From Candidatus Woesearchaeota archaeon (GTDB lineage Archaea > Nanobdellota > Nanobdellia > SCGC-AAA011-G17 > ARS1403): DNA of 64,000 bases. The notes under the pieces are model-generated. The model was not told the DNA's origin. It ran no database searches and worked only from the letters and a program-made list of their open reading frames with translations. Where the stretch lies: NCBI GenBank assembly GCA_016188065.1, contig JACPIN010000002.1:5758-69757 (forward strand), given 5' to 3'. The translations under genes and the position numbers were made by a program. Below are positions 28,359 to 39,078 of this stretch, one piece after another (the first letter of the stretch is position 1; each line of letters starts with the position of its first letter).

Positions 28359-28607
28359 TTGGTGAAGAAGCAGATACAAATTCAAGATCATGTCCTTTTA
28401 CTAAAGCATAAAAAATTAGATGATAAGGCATTAGAAGGATTGTTAAATAAATACAATATTTCTCCAAAGCAGCTTCCAAAGGTTTACAAGAAAGATCCGG
28501 CTTTAAGAGAGATAGAGGATGTCAAGGCAGGAGATATAATCGAGATTGAAAGAGACAGCCCTACTGCCAATAAAACAAAATTCTACAGGGTGGTAGTCGA
28601 TGGTTGA
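28359..28607 (+). CDS. rpoH: RNA polymerase subunit H (Rpo5)
   Basis: HVLLLKH, QLPKV..KDP, GDIIEIERDSPTA, YRVV. Confidence 0.95.
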   Translation: MVKKQIQIQDHVLLLKHKKLDDKALEGLLNKYNISPKQLPKVYKKDPALREIEDVKAGDIIEIERDSPTANKTKFYRVVVDG

Positions 28608-30111
28608 AAACTATAAAAAAATAATTTCAAAATACTTTGATAAAAATGGTTTCATAGATGCAAATATAAGGTCTTTCGATAATTTTGTAGAAAAAATTCT
28701 GCCGAAAATAGTAGAGGAAGTTGGGGAGATAAGGCCCACTATCATTCCTGAAAACGTAGAAGATTTTGTAATTAAATTAAATAAAATCTGGGTTGGAGAG
28801 CCTCAGATGATTGAAGCAGACGGAAGCAAAAGGATTGTCTTCCCAATGGAAGCAAGGCTTAGGCAGTTAACCTACGCATCGCCCATCTTCTTGGAAGTAA
28901 GTGCTTATATCAATGGCTTGCAGGTTGAAAATTTTACAACTCAGATTGGAAAGCTTCCGATAATGGTAAGGAGCAGGCACTGCACCTTGCACGGATTAAA
29001 GAGGGACGAATTAATAGAAAAAGGAGAAGACCCTGATGACGCAGGCGGTTATTTCATTCTTAATGGGAATGAGCGTGTTCTGATCATGGTAGAAGATTTG
29101 GCAAGCAACAGGGTTTTCATAGACAAGAATCAAATAGGTCCAAGCAGATATACATTGAGGGTGTTTTCAGAATCTGGTGCATTGAGAATTCCACATCTCT
29201 TAGAGCAGATGAAAGATGGTACAGTTTACTTATCTTTTACAAGGTTCAAGAGGGTTCCTGTATTCGCAGTCATTAAGGCATTAGGAATGGTCAAGGATCA
29301 GGATATAACAATGATGATCAATGAAGAGAAAGACTATGAAGACGTTTTCATCAATCTCTACAAGGGAAGTGAGTGGAAGTCAGAGGAAGATGCATTGGAT
29401 TTCTTAGCAAGGCAGATTGGAATAACGCAAGGGAGGGATGTGAAAATACAGAGGGCGAGGGAATACTTGGATAAATATCTTCTTCCTCATTTAGGAGAGA
29501 CAAGCAAGGATAGGATTACTAAAGCATATAATCTATGCAAGATGGTAAAGAAGTTTCTAATGGTTGCAAAAGATGGGTGCAGCCTGTCAGATAAGGACCA
29601 TTACTTAAACAAAAGAATAAAGCTTCCAGGGGATTTGCTTGCTGACTTGTTCAGGATTAATGTCAGGGTTTTAGTTAATGACATGCTCTACAACTTCCAG
29701 AGGCTTGTAAAGAGGGGAAAGTTCAACAGCATCAAGATAATAATAAGAGATAAGCTATTGACAAACAGGATCACAAGCGCAATGGCAACAGGCTCTTGGC
29801 CAGGAGGAAGACAGGGAGTAAGCCAGAACATAGACAGGACAAATTTCCTAGGAACAATGAGCCATCTGATGAGAGTTGTAAGTTTGCTAAGCTCAACGCA
29901 GGAAAACTTTGATGCAAGGGCTTTACATGGAACCCATTTCGGAAAATTATGCCCGATTGAAACGCCTGAAGGAACTTCGATAGGGTTAAGAAAAAATTTA
30001 GCAATGCTCTGCAGTATCTCGCACGGAGGATCTGAAGCGCAAAAAGTTGAGGAGTTGCTTTATAGCATTGGTGTTAAGAAAGCTGTTGCAGGGCAGGGGA
30101 GCCAAAAATGA
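28600..30111 (+). CDS. rpoB2: RNA polymerase subunit B''
   Basis: GGYFILNGNERV, CPIETPEG. Confidence 0.97.
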   Translation: MVENYKKIISKYFDKNGFIDANIRSFDNFVEKILPKIVEEVGEIRPTIIPENVEDFVIKLNKIWVGEPQMIEADGSKRIVFPMEARLRQLTYASPIFLEVSAYINGLQVENFTTQIGKLPIMVRSRHCTLHGLKRDELIEKGEDPDDAGGYFILNGNERVLIMVEDLASNRVFIDKNQIGPSRYTLRVFSESGALRIPHLLEQMKDGTVYLSFTRFKRVPVFAVIKALGMVKDQDITMMINEEKDYEDVFINLYKGSEWKSEEDALDFLARQIGITQGRDVKIQRAREYLDKYLLPHLGETSKDRITKAYNLCKMVKKFLMVAKDGCSLSDKDHYLNKRIKLPGDLLADLFRINVRVLVNDMLYNFQRLVKRGKFNSIKIIIRDKLLTNRITSAMATGSWPGGRQGVSQNIDRTNFLGTMSHLMRVVSLLSSTQENFDARALHGTHFGKLCPIETPEGTSIGLRKNLAMLCSISHGGSEAQKVEELLYSIGVKKAVAGQGSQK

Positions 30112-31910
30112 CTGATGTTTTCCTAGACGAAAAATACCTTGGAAAAATCGAAGATAAAAAGGAGTTTATTGAAAGGCTCAAGAAAGAAAGAAGGGAAAAA
30201 TTATTTTTAAGTACATTAAATTTTTACTATAATGCTGAGTTTGATGAGTTGTACTTGAATGTCTGCGACGGAAGAGCCCGCCGCCCTTTAATCGTTGTTG
30301 AAAATGGAAAAAGCAGATTAACTGCAGAGCATATAAATAGATTACTGAATGATGAAATTGCTTGGGGCGATTTGATAAAAGAGGGGAGTATAGAATACTT
30401 AGATGCTGGCGAGGAGGAAAATTCACTTACTGCTTTAACTGAATCTGATCTAACCTCTGAGCATACACATCTTGAGCTTGGAGCAATCACTATTTTAGGA
30501 TTGACAACGTCTTTAGTGCCTTATGCGAATTATGATGCAGCTGCAAGGTTGAATGGAGGAAGCAAAAATCAAAAGCATGCTCTTGGGTTATATTTGGCAA
30601 ATTATTTGCTGAGGATGGACACTGATGTGAGTATGCTGCATTATCCTCAAATGCCAATGGTTAAATCTTTCATGGCAGATGTTTCAAAATACAGCAAGCA
30701 TCCAAGCGGCTTCAATGTTGTAATTGCAGAGATGTGTTATGAAGGATATAATATGGAGGATGCAATTGTCTTCAATAAAAGCAGTGTTGAAAGGGGATTG
30801 GCAAGAAGCACTTACTTCAGGCCATATACAATAGAAGAGCTTAGATATAGCGGCGGCCTAATGGATGAAATAGGCATTCCAAATAAAGAAGTAAAAGGAT
30901 ACAGAACTGAAAAAGATTACAGATATCTCGAAAACGATGGCATTGTTTACACAGGCCAGAAACTTAAAGCTGAAGACGTCATAATAGGAAAAACCTCTCC
31001 TCCAAGGTTCTTGGGAGAAATGGAGGAATTCAGCTTCTCAGTATCAATAAGAAGGGAGAGCAGTGCAGTTGTCAAACATGGAGAGGCAGGGACAGTTGAC
31101 ATGGTGGTGCTTACAGAAAATGAAGAAGGCAATAAATTAGTGCAGGCAAGATTAAGGGACCAAAGAATTCCCGAAGTAGGAGATAAATTCACTTCAAGAC
31201 ACGGCCAAAAAGGCGTTATTGGATTGGCTGCTCCAAGTGTTGATCTTCCATTCTCAGGCAGCGGGATAAGCCCCGATATTATCCACAGCCCGCACAGCAT
31301 TCCAAACAGGATGACTGTAAGCCACTTAATTGAGATACTAGCTGGAAAGGTAGGGGGATTATCAGGCAGGTTTGTCGACGGTACAACATTTGATGCAGAG
31401 CCCGAGAAAAACCTAAGACAGGAGCTTTTAGATCTGGGATTTAGAGATGATGGAACAGAAATCATGTATAATGGAGTAACAGGAGAGAGATATAAAGTTA
31501 GGATTTACATAGGTAATATGTATTATTTAAAATTAAAACACATGGTTGCAAACAAGCTTCATGCACGAGCATCAGGAAGAATTCAGTTGCTGACACGCCA
31601 GCCAATCGAAGGGAGAAGCAAGGGCGGAGGATTAAGGCTTGGAGAAATGGAGAAAGATTGTTTAGTTGCCCATGGCGCAAGCCTATTGCTGAAAGAGAGA
31701 TTCGACTCAGACAAGACAGTAATTCATGTGTGTGAGAACTGCGGGCTTTTAGCAGTGAATGATTCATTCAGAAGCAGGCAGTACTGTACAAGGTGCGGAG
31801 ACAATGTAGAGATAAATGCAGTTGAATTGAGCTACGCATTCAAGTTGCTGCTTGATGAATTAAAGAGCATGTGCATAAATCCAAAATTAATGTTAGGAGA
31901 TAAATACTAA
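30108..31910 (+). CDS. rpoB1: RNA polymerase subunit B'
   Basis: GDKFTSRHGQKG, GGLRLGEME. Confidence 0.97.
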   Translation: MTDVFLDEKYLGKIEDKKEFIERLKKERREKLFLSTLNFYYNAEFDELYLNVCDGRARRPLIVVENGKSRLTAEHINRLLNDEIAWGDLIKEGSIEYLDAGEEENSLTALTESDLTSEHTHLELGAITILGLTTSLVPYANYDAAARLNGGSKNQKHALGLYLANYLLRMDTDVSMLHYPQMPMVKSFMADVSKYSKHPSGFNVVIAEMCYEGYNMEDAIVFNKSSVERGLARSTYFRPYTIEELRYSGGLMDEIGIPNKEVKGYRTEKDYRYLENDGIVYTGQKLKAEDVIIGKTSPPRFLGEMEEFSFSVSIRRESSAVVKHGEAGTVDMVVLTENEEGNKLVQARLRDQRIPEVGDKFTSRHGQKGVIGLAAPSVDLPFSGSGISPDIIHSPHSIPNRMTVSHLIEILAGKVGGLSGRFVDGTTFDAEPEKNLRQELLDLGFRDDGTEIMYNGVTGERYKVRIYIGNMYYLKLKHMVANKLHARASGRIQLLTRQPIEGRSKGGGLRLGEMEKDCLVAHGASLLLKERFDSDKTVIHVCENCGLLAVNDSFRSRQYCTRCGDNVEINAVELSYAFKLLLDELKSMCINPKLMLGDKY

Positions 31911-31911
31911 G

Positions 31912-34479
31912 ATGCAGGAATATATTTACAAAAAGGTTAACAGCATTAAGTTTAGCTTCTTTAGCCCTGAAGATATTAGGAAAATGGCTGTTGCAAAAAT
32001 TGTCACGCCTGAATTGTATGATAAGGAAGGTTATCCTGTCGATGGTGGATTGATGGATATCAGGCTTGGTGTTATCGATCCGGGCTTAAGATGCAAGACT
32101 TGCGGCAGCAAGCTAAAAGAATGCATGGGGCACTTCGGCTTTGTCGAGCTGGCTCGCCCAGTAATTTATCTGAAAGGTGCAAATGTAATCTATGATATGT
32201 TGAAATCAACATGCAGGGAATGCAGCAAGATTCTAATTGACGAGAATACCCGCCAAAAATATGTTGAAAAATTAGGGAACAGCAGCAGGAAAGCTATTGC
32301 AGCGATGATAAAAGAAAAAACAAAGAATGTTAAAAAATGCCCGCATTGTGATGCAAAAAAATACAGCGTCAAGCTGGAAAAGCCAACGATATATTTTGAA
32401 AATGACAAGAGGATATTTCCAATAGAGATAAGGGCAAGGCTGGAAAAGGTAAGCAACGAAGACTTGAGGCTGCTAGGCTATACCCCTGAAGCTGCACGTC
32501 CAGAATGGATTATACTGACTAACATGCTAATTCCCCCTGTAACAATAAGGCCGAGCATAACATTAGAAAGCGGGGAGAGAAGCGAGGATGATCTAACACA
32601 CAAATTAGGGGACATAGTAAGGATAAACCAAAGATTATTTGAAAACATAAATGCAGGCGCGCCTGAAATTATTATCGAAGATCTCTGGGATTTACTGCAG
32701 TATCATGTTACAACTTTCTTTGATAACACAACAGCATCAGTTCCTCCAGCCAGGCATAGGTCAGGAGAGCCATTGAAGACTTTAACAGAGAGGATAAAAA
32801 GCAAAGAAGGAAGGTTCAGGCATAATTTAACAGGCAAGAGAGTTAACTATAGCGCAAGGACATTAGTCAGCCCAGATCCTCAAATTGAGCTTGGAGAAGT
32901 TGGAGTCCCATTGGAAGTAGCCATGGAGCTGACGACGAATGAAAGGGTAACAAGCTGGAATATTGATAGGCTGAAAGAATTCATCAAGCGCGGTCCGAAA
33001 AATTACCCGGGAGCTAATTACGTCATAAGGCCTGATGGGAAGAAAAAGAAAATCACCGATGAGACAGTTGAATCACTTCTTGAAGAGCTTCAGGAAGGCT
33101 ACATTGTTGAAAGGCATTTGATGGACGGGGATGTTTGCATATTCAACAGGCAGCCAAGCCTGCACAGGATGAGCATCATGTGCCACAAGATAAAAGTTTT
33201 GCCAGGAAAAAGCTTCAGGTTAAATCCAAGTGTCTGTACTCCTTATAATGCAGACTTCGACGGTGATGAGATGAATATGCACATTCCGCAAAATGAAGAG
33301 GGAAGGGCAGAAGCAGAAATTTTAATGCATGTCCAGCACAATATAATAACGCCAAAGAATGGATTAAACATAATTGCATGCATACAAGATTCAATAACAG
33401 GAGCATATCTGCTAACTAGGGAGATGGAGTTTCAGAGAGAAGATGCAATTGAATTGCTGCTGAGCATAGGCTGGAATGATTTCAGTAATTTTCCAAAAAC
33501 TAAAACCATCAATGGAAGGCAGATCCTATCCGCACTTCTTCCAAAAGACTTCAATTTCATCGGATATAACATGCTGCACAAAGAAGATGAGAAAGAAGGG
33601 ATGGTAGTTGTAAAAAATGGGCAGCTTGGCAAGGGCATTGTAGACAGGGCAATCATCGGAAAAGAATCTGGAGATTTGCTGAGAAGCATGTACATACAGT
33701 ATGGCCCTGAAAAAACACTAAAGGCGCTTAGCAATATATCAAAGCTCGGAATAAAAATAGTTACAAATTACGGGTTCACTACAGGATTAGTTGACACGGA
33801 TGTTGATGAAAAGATTTTCATTGAAATAAATAAGCTTATGGATGAAGCATTAAAAAAAGTAGATGAATTTATCGAGGAATATAAATCTGGAAAGCTTGAG
33901 GCATATCCAAGCAAAACCCTGAGAGCAACGCTAGAGCTGAAAATTCTTGAAGTTTTGAATAAAGCTAGAAACAGAGTCGGTAAATTAGTTGCAGAGAATT
34001 CAAGCAAAGATAATCCTACAATCATAATGGCTTCATCAGGTGCAAGGGGAAATGAATTAAATCTGGCGCAGATAGCTGGGTCAGTTGGGCAGCAGGCGCT
34101 GAGGGGAGAAAGAATTAATAGGGGATATGACGGAAGAGCGCTTCCGATTTTTAGAAAGAACGATTTAGGTGCTGCTCCCCATGGCTTTGTCAGAAATGGT
34201 TTCAAGCAGGGTCTAGCTCCTTATGAATTTTTCTTCCATGCAATGACTGGAAGAGACAGCCTGATGGATACTGCTTTAAGGACGCCTAAGTCAGGATATT
34301 TGTACAGAAGATTAGCAAATGCACTACAAGATTTAAGGGTTGAATATGACAAGACAGTTAGAGCAGCCAGCAATGAAATTGTTCAATTCTGCTATGGAGA
34401 GGATGACATAGATATTTCCAAGAGTGAAGCCGGAAGCATCAATGTCAAAAAAATAATCAGAGAGGCAATAAATAAATAA
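31912..34479 (+). CDS. rpoA1: RNA polymerase subunit A'
   Basis: NADFDGDEMN catalytic motif. Confidence 0.98.
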   Translation: MQEYIYKKVNSIKFSFFSPEDIRKMAVAKIVTPELYDKEGYPVDGGLMDIRLGVIDPGLRCKTCGSKLKECMGHFGFVELARPVIYLKGANVIYDMLKSTCRECSKILIDENTRQKYVEKLGNSSRKAIAAMIKEKTKNVKKCPHCDAKKYSVKLEKPTIYFENDKRIFPIEIRARLEKVSNEDLRLLGYTPEAARPEWIILTNMLIPPVTIRPSITLESGERSEDDLTHKLGDIVRINQRLFENINAGAPEIIIEDLWDLLQYHVTTFFDNTTASVPPARHRSGEPLKTLTERIKSKEGRFRHNLTGKRVNYSARTLVSPDPQIELGEVGVPLEVAMELTTNERVTSWNIDRLKEFIKRGPKNYPGANYVIRPDGKKKKITDETVESLLEELQEGYIVERHLMDGDVCIFNRQPSLHRMSIMCHKIKVLPGKSFRLNPSVCTPYNADFDGDEMNMHIPQNEEGRAEAEILMHVQHNIITPKNGLNIIACIQDSITGAYLLTREMEFQREDAIELLLSIGWNDFSNFPKTKTINGRQILSALLPKDFNFIGYNMLHKEDEKEGMVVVKNGQLGKGIVDRAIIGKESGDLLRSMYIQYGPEKTLKALSNISKLGIKIVTNYGFTTGLVDTDVDEKIFIEINKLMDEALKKVDEFIEEYKSGKLEAYPSKTLRATLELKILEVLNKARNRVGKLVAENSSKDNPTIIMASSGARGNELNLAQIAGSVGQQALRGERINRGYDGRALPIFRKNDLGAAPHGFVRNGFKQGLAPYEFFFHAMTGRDSLMDTALRTPKSGYLYRRLANALQDLRVEYDKTVRAASNEIVQFCYGEDDIDISKSEAGSINVKKIIREAINK

Positions 34480-34480
34480 A

Positions 34481-35641
34481 ATGGACGAAATATATAAAGA
34501 ATACAATGGATCGATTCCTGAAAAGCTGATTGGCGACGTCAAAAAAGAAGTGAGCAAAGTAAAAGTCACAAAAGTCCAGCTGAAAGAAATTCTCGATAGG
34601 GTAAAAAAAGAATATGAAGCTGCTTTGATATCTCCAGGAGAAGCAATTGGGATCATTACTGCTGAAAGCTTCGGCGAACCAGCCACCCAAATGACATTAA
34701 ACGTAAAGCATTTTGCAGGCGTTGCAGAGATGCAGGTCACATCAGGGCTGCCAAGATTGATAGAAATATTCGACGCAAGCAAGAGCATTAAAACTCCAAG
34801 CATGGAAGTTTACCTCAAGCCAGAATATAATAAAGACCCTGCAAAGGTTAGGAAGATTGCATCGCAAATCAAGGAAAGCACATTGGGAGATATCTCAACT
34901 GAATTTACAATTGACATAACAACAATGAATGTGAAAGTCGTCATAGATAAAACAAAGCTTAAAGACCTAGGAATAACTGAAGATACTTTAGTTAAAATCT
35001 TGAAAGAGTCCATTAAAGGAGGAGTCCAGGTCAGGCTCAATAAGAATGAGATTGTGCTGAAAGGAAAAGAAAGTGATCTGCACGAATTGTATGTTCTAAA
35101 GGAAAAAGCAAAAGCTGCATTCATCAAAGGTGTAAAGGAGATTAGCTACGTTCTCCCAGTAAAGAGGGATAATGAATTCATAATATTGACTTCAGGAAGC
35201 AACCTCAAGGAGGTCATGGCAGTGAAAGAAGTTGACACTAGAAGGACAGTTACTAATGACATTCATGAAATCTATTCGGTGTTCGGAGTTGAAGCTGCAA
35301 GACAGTCAATCATTGATGAATCTACCAAGGTAATCCAAAACCAGGGATTGGATATAAACATAAGGCACATAATGTTCATTGCAGATGTCATGACCTCTAA
35401 CGGAGTAATCATGGGGATAACAAGGAGTGGGATAACCGGAGGAAAAGAGAGTGTATTGGCAAGAGCAAGCTTTGAAACTCCAATCAAGCACATCATAGGC
35501 GCAGCACTTCGCGGCGAGGAAGATTACTTGAATTCCGTCGTGGAAAACGTCATTTTGAACCAGCCAGTTCCGCTTGGCACAGGCCTCCCGAAGTTAATCA
35601 TAAATAGCATGAACAAAAAAGAAAAGGAAAAAGAAAAATAA
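34481..35641 (+). CDS. rpoA2: RNA polymerase subunit A''
   Basis: GEPATQMTL, LARASFE. Confidence 0.97.
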   Translation: MDEIYKEYNGSIPEKLIGDVKKEVSKVKVTKVQLKEILDRVKKEYEAALISPGEAIGIITAESFGEPATQMTLNVKHFAGVAEMQVTSGLPRLIEIFDASKSIKTPSMEVYLKPEYNKDPAKVRKIASQIKESTLGDISTEFTIDITTMNVKVVIDKTKLKDLGITEDTLVKILKESIKGGVQVRLNKNEIVLKGKESDLHELYVLKEKAKAAFIKGVKEISYVLPVKRDNEFIILTSGSNLKEVMAVKEVDTRRTVTNDIHEIYSVFGVEAARQSIIDESTKVIQNQGLDINIRHIMFIADVMTSNGVIMGITRSGITGGKESVLARASFETPIKHIIGAALRGEEDYLNSVVENVILNQPVPLGTGLPKLIINSMNKKEKEKEK

Positions 35642-35649
35642 ATTCTGAC

Positions 35650-35736
35650 AGCTTCGCTGATGGACAACGAGGTTTTCCATCTGCCTTTCCTCTCACACTT
35701 TCTTTTTAGGAAAAAGAAATCGTGTCCAAAGAAAAA
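35650..35736 (+). repeat. structured intergenic repeat, copy B (longest)
   Basis: GCTTCGCT, GATGGA/TCCATC hairpin, TTTCTTTTT/AAAAAGAAA hairpin, GTCCAAAG. Confidence 0.75.
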
Positions 35737-35786
35737 TAATAAAATTATAGAATAAGTTTACAAAATTTATTTTGCAATAAAACAGG

Positions 35787-36284
35787 ATGATAATTAAAGG
35801 ATACAGCCTTGATCAAGTAGCTAACTCATTATTAATAGTTTTAGATAGTTTAAAAAGAGGACGTCCTTATAGAAGAGAAGAAAGTGGGCAATTACATTAT
35901 TATTCAGGAAGAGAATTAAGCAATGCTATTTATTCTTCTGGTGGAATAACCGTACCACCCCATTCAAAATTTGCGTATTATTTAAAGCAAAGATCTTCAA
36001 CTAATACATATGGAGATATATTGGATTATCCACATCCACTTGCCATTAGCATATACGAGAATTATAGGCCCCAAATTAATATTTTTGACGTCGGTAAATT
36101 ATCACAGATAGTTAGCGGACAGGATCCAGAGGTATTAATGATGCGTCTTCCTCCAATGCTGAGGACGCAATATGTTTTGCCGCCTCAAGATCTAAATCCA
36201 AGAGAGTTTGAACTACATGAAGGAGATACAGGATACTCTCAAAACCTCCTTCAAGAAGTAGCCGCATTGATGAGACTATCATAA
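35787..36284 (+). CDS. hypothetical protein
   Basis: 165-aa ORF between rpoA2 and rpl30e. Confidence 0.55.
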   Translation: MIIKGYSLDQVANSLLIVLDSLKRGRPYRREESGQLHYYSGRELSNAIYSSGGITVPPHSKFAYYLKQRSSTNTYGDILDYPHPLAISIYENYRPQINIFDVGKLSQIVSGQDPEVLMMRLPPMLRTQYVLPPQDLNPREFELHEGDTGYSQNLLQEVAALMRLS

Positions 36285-36365
36285 AATTACAAATCATTTC
36301 TTATCTTGATGCATCCAACTCAGAAAATAATAAGTTTTAAAAAGTGTTTTCTACACTGATTTTGC

Positions 36366-36620
36366 ATGGAAAAGCTTCGAAACGATCTGTTGGAGAGCAG
36401 CGAAAAATTAGTTTTTGGCACTGAAAGAAATCTTAAGCTGTTAAAAAATGACGGGCTTAAAAGAATCTACTTTTCAAGTAATTGTGCAGATAAAATAAAA
36501 ATGGATATTAAGCATTATGGAAAAAGTGTTGAAATAGTAGAGCTCAACAATGTTAACAATGAAATCGGGGTCATATGCAAGAAGCCATTTTCTATTTCTG
36601 TTATAGGTCTGATTAAATGA
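36366..36620 (+). CDS. rpl30e: 50S ribosomal protein L30e
   Basis: EIGVICKKPFSISV; synteny. Confidence 0.9.
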   Translation: MEKLRNDLLESSEKLVFGTERNLKLLKNDGLKRIYFSSNCADKIKMDIKHYGKSVEIVELNNVNNEIGVICKKPFSISVIGLIK

Positions 36621-37030
36621 AAAAAGTTTATGATGCAGAGCTTATAAAATATATGGCGCTATTTGAGAAGATTGGAAATGTTAATATCAAGGATATCTTC
36701 CAATACAACGGCATGCTCTGCTGTGTAGTTGATAAAGAAAATGTCAGCAAGCTTGTAGGCCCCCAAGGCATTAGGATCAAAAAAATACAGGACATGATAA
36801 AAAAGAAAGTGAAAGTTGTAGGCTATAGCAGCGGCATAAAAGAATTTGTGAAAGATTTTATTTACCCAATTGAAATCATTGATATCGAGGAGAATAATGG
36901 GGAGTTGATAATAAGCTGCGAGGACAATAAAACGAAAGGTTTATTAATCGGGCGCGGAAGACAGGGCTTGACTAATCTGCACAATGTTGTGTCAAGATAT
37001 TTTAAAATTAATAACATAAAGGTAAAATAA
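36617..37030 (+). CDS. nusA: archaeal NusA
   Basis: Two KH motifs (VGPQG, IGRGR); synteny. Confidence 0.9.
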   Translation: MKKVYDAELIKYMALFEKIGNVNIKDIFQYNGMLCCVVDKENVSKLVGPQGIRIKKIQDMIKKKVKVVGYSSGIKEFVKDFIYPIEIIDIEENNGELIISCEDNKTKGLLIGRGRQGLTNLHNVVSRYFKINNIKVK

Positions 37031-37039
37031 AAATTAAAG

Positions 37040-37477
37040 ATGGGAAACAAGGCAAATGGGCTCGGTGCTGGAAAGAAATTAAAAAAAAGAAGAGCGCTAA
37101 ACCGATTAAGAAACAAGTGGCTTAAAAGACGATTGTACGGATTGAAGATACGATCTGACCCGCTCAGAGGGGCAAGCCAGGCAAAGGCAATTGTTCTCAG
37201 CAAAGTTCAGTTAGAAGCAAAGCAGCCTAATTCAGCGATGAGAAAATGCGTAAAAATACAGTTGACAAAAAACGGAAGAAAAATAACTGCTTTCGTTCCG
37301 GGAAATCTTGCTTCTAAATTCATAAACGAGCATGATGAAGTCATAATCGAATGCATTGGCGGCGCAATGGGCAAATCAAAAGGCGACATTCCAGGAGTGA
37401 GATGGCAGGTAATAAAAGTAAATGACCAAAGTTTGGACGCTCTTGTAAAAGGAAAGATAGAGAAAGGTAGAAGATGA
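37040..37477 (+). CDS. rps12: 30S ribosomal protein S12 (uS12)
   Basis: [19 protein letters not shown]. Confidence 0.97.
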   Translation: MGNKANGLGAGKKLKKRRALNRLRNKWLKRRLYGLKIRSDPLRGASQAKAIVLSKVQLEAKQPNSAMRKCVKIQLTKNGRKITAFVPGNLASKFINEHDEVIIECIGGAMGKSKGDIPGVRWQVIKVNDQSLDALVKGKIEKGRR

Positions 37478-37478
37478 A

Positions 37479-37775
37479 ATGACTAAAGAAGTGACTGTTA
37501 AATCTGAAATATATCATCTTAGTGTGGATGCAGAGTTGGACATGGTTGTTTTTGGAGACCTTGAAGCTATGGCTAGAGAATTAGGAAATGAAATGCGAAG
37601 CGGCCAGAAATGCTTAATTTTAAGCTCTGTAAGGAAATATGAATATAATGGGGCTGAAAGAATTAAAGAAGTACTTGCGAGTGCTCTTGGTAAAAGAATA
37701 AATCAATTTGAATTAAGTGTTTTAGAGCCCGCCGAATCTAGAAATATGTATGAGTTATGGGTGTATAAGAAATGA
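37479..37775 (+). CDS. hypothetical protein between rps12 and rps7
   Basis: 98-aa ORF tightly packed against both neighbours. Confidence 0.6.
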   Translation: MTKEVTVKSEIYHLSVDAELDMVVFGDLEAMARELGNEMRSGQKCLILSSVRKYEYNGAERIKEVLASALGKRINQFELSVLEPAESRNMYELWVYKK

Positions 37776-38368
37776 CTGTAAAATTATTTGACAATTGGGA
37801 TATTTCAGGGATAAAAGTTGAAGACAGGGGAGTTGAAAAATATATCAACCTGAATCAGGTGTATGTTCCAAGAAGCTCTGGAAGAAATGTTAAAATCCAG
37901 TTTCATAAAAGCTATTACAGTATAATCGAGAGATTAATGAACAGGCTAATGGTTGTTGGCCATAAAGGAAAAAAGCACAAATACAGCTCAGGCCACAATC
38001 TTGGGAAAAGCACAAAAATGTACAAGCTGGTTTTCAAGACTTTAAAATTAATTGAAGAAAGAACGAAAAAAAATCCAGTTGAAGTTCTTGTGAAAGCCAT
38101 TGAGAATGCAGCTCCTCGAGAGGAGATTACAACAATAGAATATGGCGGGGCAAGGTATCCAAAAGCTGTTGAATGCGCTCCTCAAAGAAGAATTGATCTT
38201 GCTTTAAGAAACATTTCTCAAGGAACTTATGCCAACTCATTCGGAAAAAAGAAAAAGGCACATGAAGCATTGGCAGAAGAGATATTGAGCGCATATTCTT
38301 TAAACACAAAGAGCAATGCGATTGCAAAAAAGCTGGAATTGGAAAGGCAGGCTGATAGTGCACGATAA
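37772..38368 (+). CDS. rps7: 30S ribosomal protein S7 (uS7)
   Basis: AIENAAPREE, APQRRIDLALR. Confidence 0.97.
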   Translation: MTVKLFDNWDISGIKVEDRGVEKYINLNQVYVPRSSGRNVKIQFHKSYYSIIERLMNRLMVVGHKGKKHKYSSGHNLGKSTKMYKLVFKTLKLIEERTKKNPVEVLVKAIENAAPREEITTIEYGGARYPKAVECAPQRRIDLALRNISQGTYANSFGKKKKAHEALAEEILSAYSLNTKSNAIAKKLELERQADSAR

Positions 38369-38373
38369 TTCTA

Positions 38374-38646
38374 ATGGAAAGTCTTGAAGAAAAACTTTCG
38401 GGAAAGAATATTTTTGAAGTTATAGATTCTATTGATTATAGCTTACAATTACTAAAACCAGACGGCAAAACCGTGCATAATATTATCACCCTAAGAGCAT
38501 GTTTAATACAGCAAAAAATTATTGCAAAAATGTTTCGTCTAGAGGAAGCTAATTTCAAGGAATATAAAGCGAGTAAACCAGAACATTATAACCGTGTTCT
38601 AAAAGTTTTAACAGAAATCCAATCTAAGTATGGTATAAATTTTTAA
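38374..38646 (+). CDS. hypothetical protein
   Basis: 90-aa ORF. Confidence 0.5.
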   Translation: MESLEEKLSGKNIFEVIDSIDYSLQLLKPDGKTVHNIITLRACLIQQKIIAKMFRLEEANFKEYKASKPEHYNRVLKVLTEIQSKYGINF

Positions 38647-38704
38647 TCTTTTAATCACTCAATAAGGCACAAGGTTTCATATGAAAACTCTGGAGTACAA
38701 CATT

Positions 38705-38899
38705 TTATTTTATTATATAAGCTGGAAGCTTCCACTTATATTTTTTCTCCTCTTGATAATAATGCTTTCGGCATAAATAACTCCATCCGCGCTTCTTATG
38801 TTTTCCACCCAACATACTAGGAAAAACCTCAGCATATGCTTTATTTTTGCATATCCCTCCAAAATCACAATGAGGATAAATTTTTTTCTTTAATTTCAT
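38705..38899 (-). CDS. small Cys/His protein, possibly zinc-binding
   Basis: CDFGGIC...WSYLCRKH. Confidence 0.5.
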   Translation of the reverse strand: MKLKKKIYPHCDFGGICKNKAYAEVFPSMLGGKHKKRGWSYLCRKHYYQEEKKYKWKLPAYIIK

Positions 38900-39078
38900 T
38901 TTTCAAAATTTAATTTTTAATTTTTTATAGCTTTTGGAGGAAATTTATCCAACTGGTTATATAAACTACTTGTCTAAAAAAATAGTTTCCAAACCCCTGA
39001 AGAATATTCAAATGAATGGAATGCTTTTTCCTTACAGCGCCCGATAAATTTTTAAATATTATTTTTTTATTTTAGTCA

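Noticed and set aside
28600-35641. Split rpoB and rpoA as unusual
   Set aside because: B''/B' and A'/A'' splits are normal in many archaea
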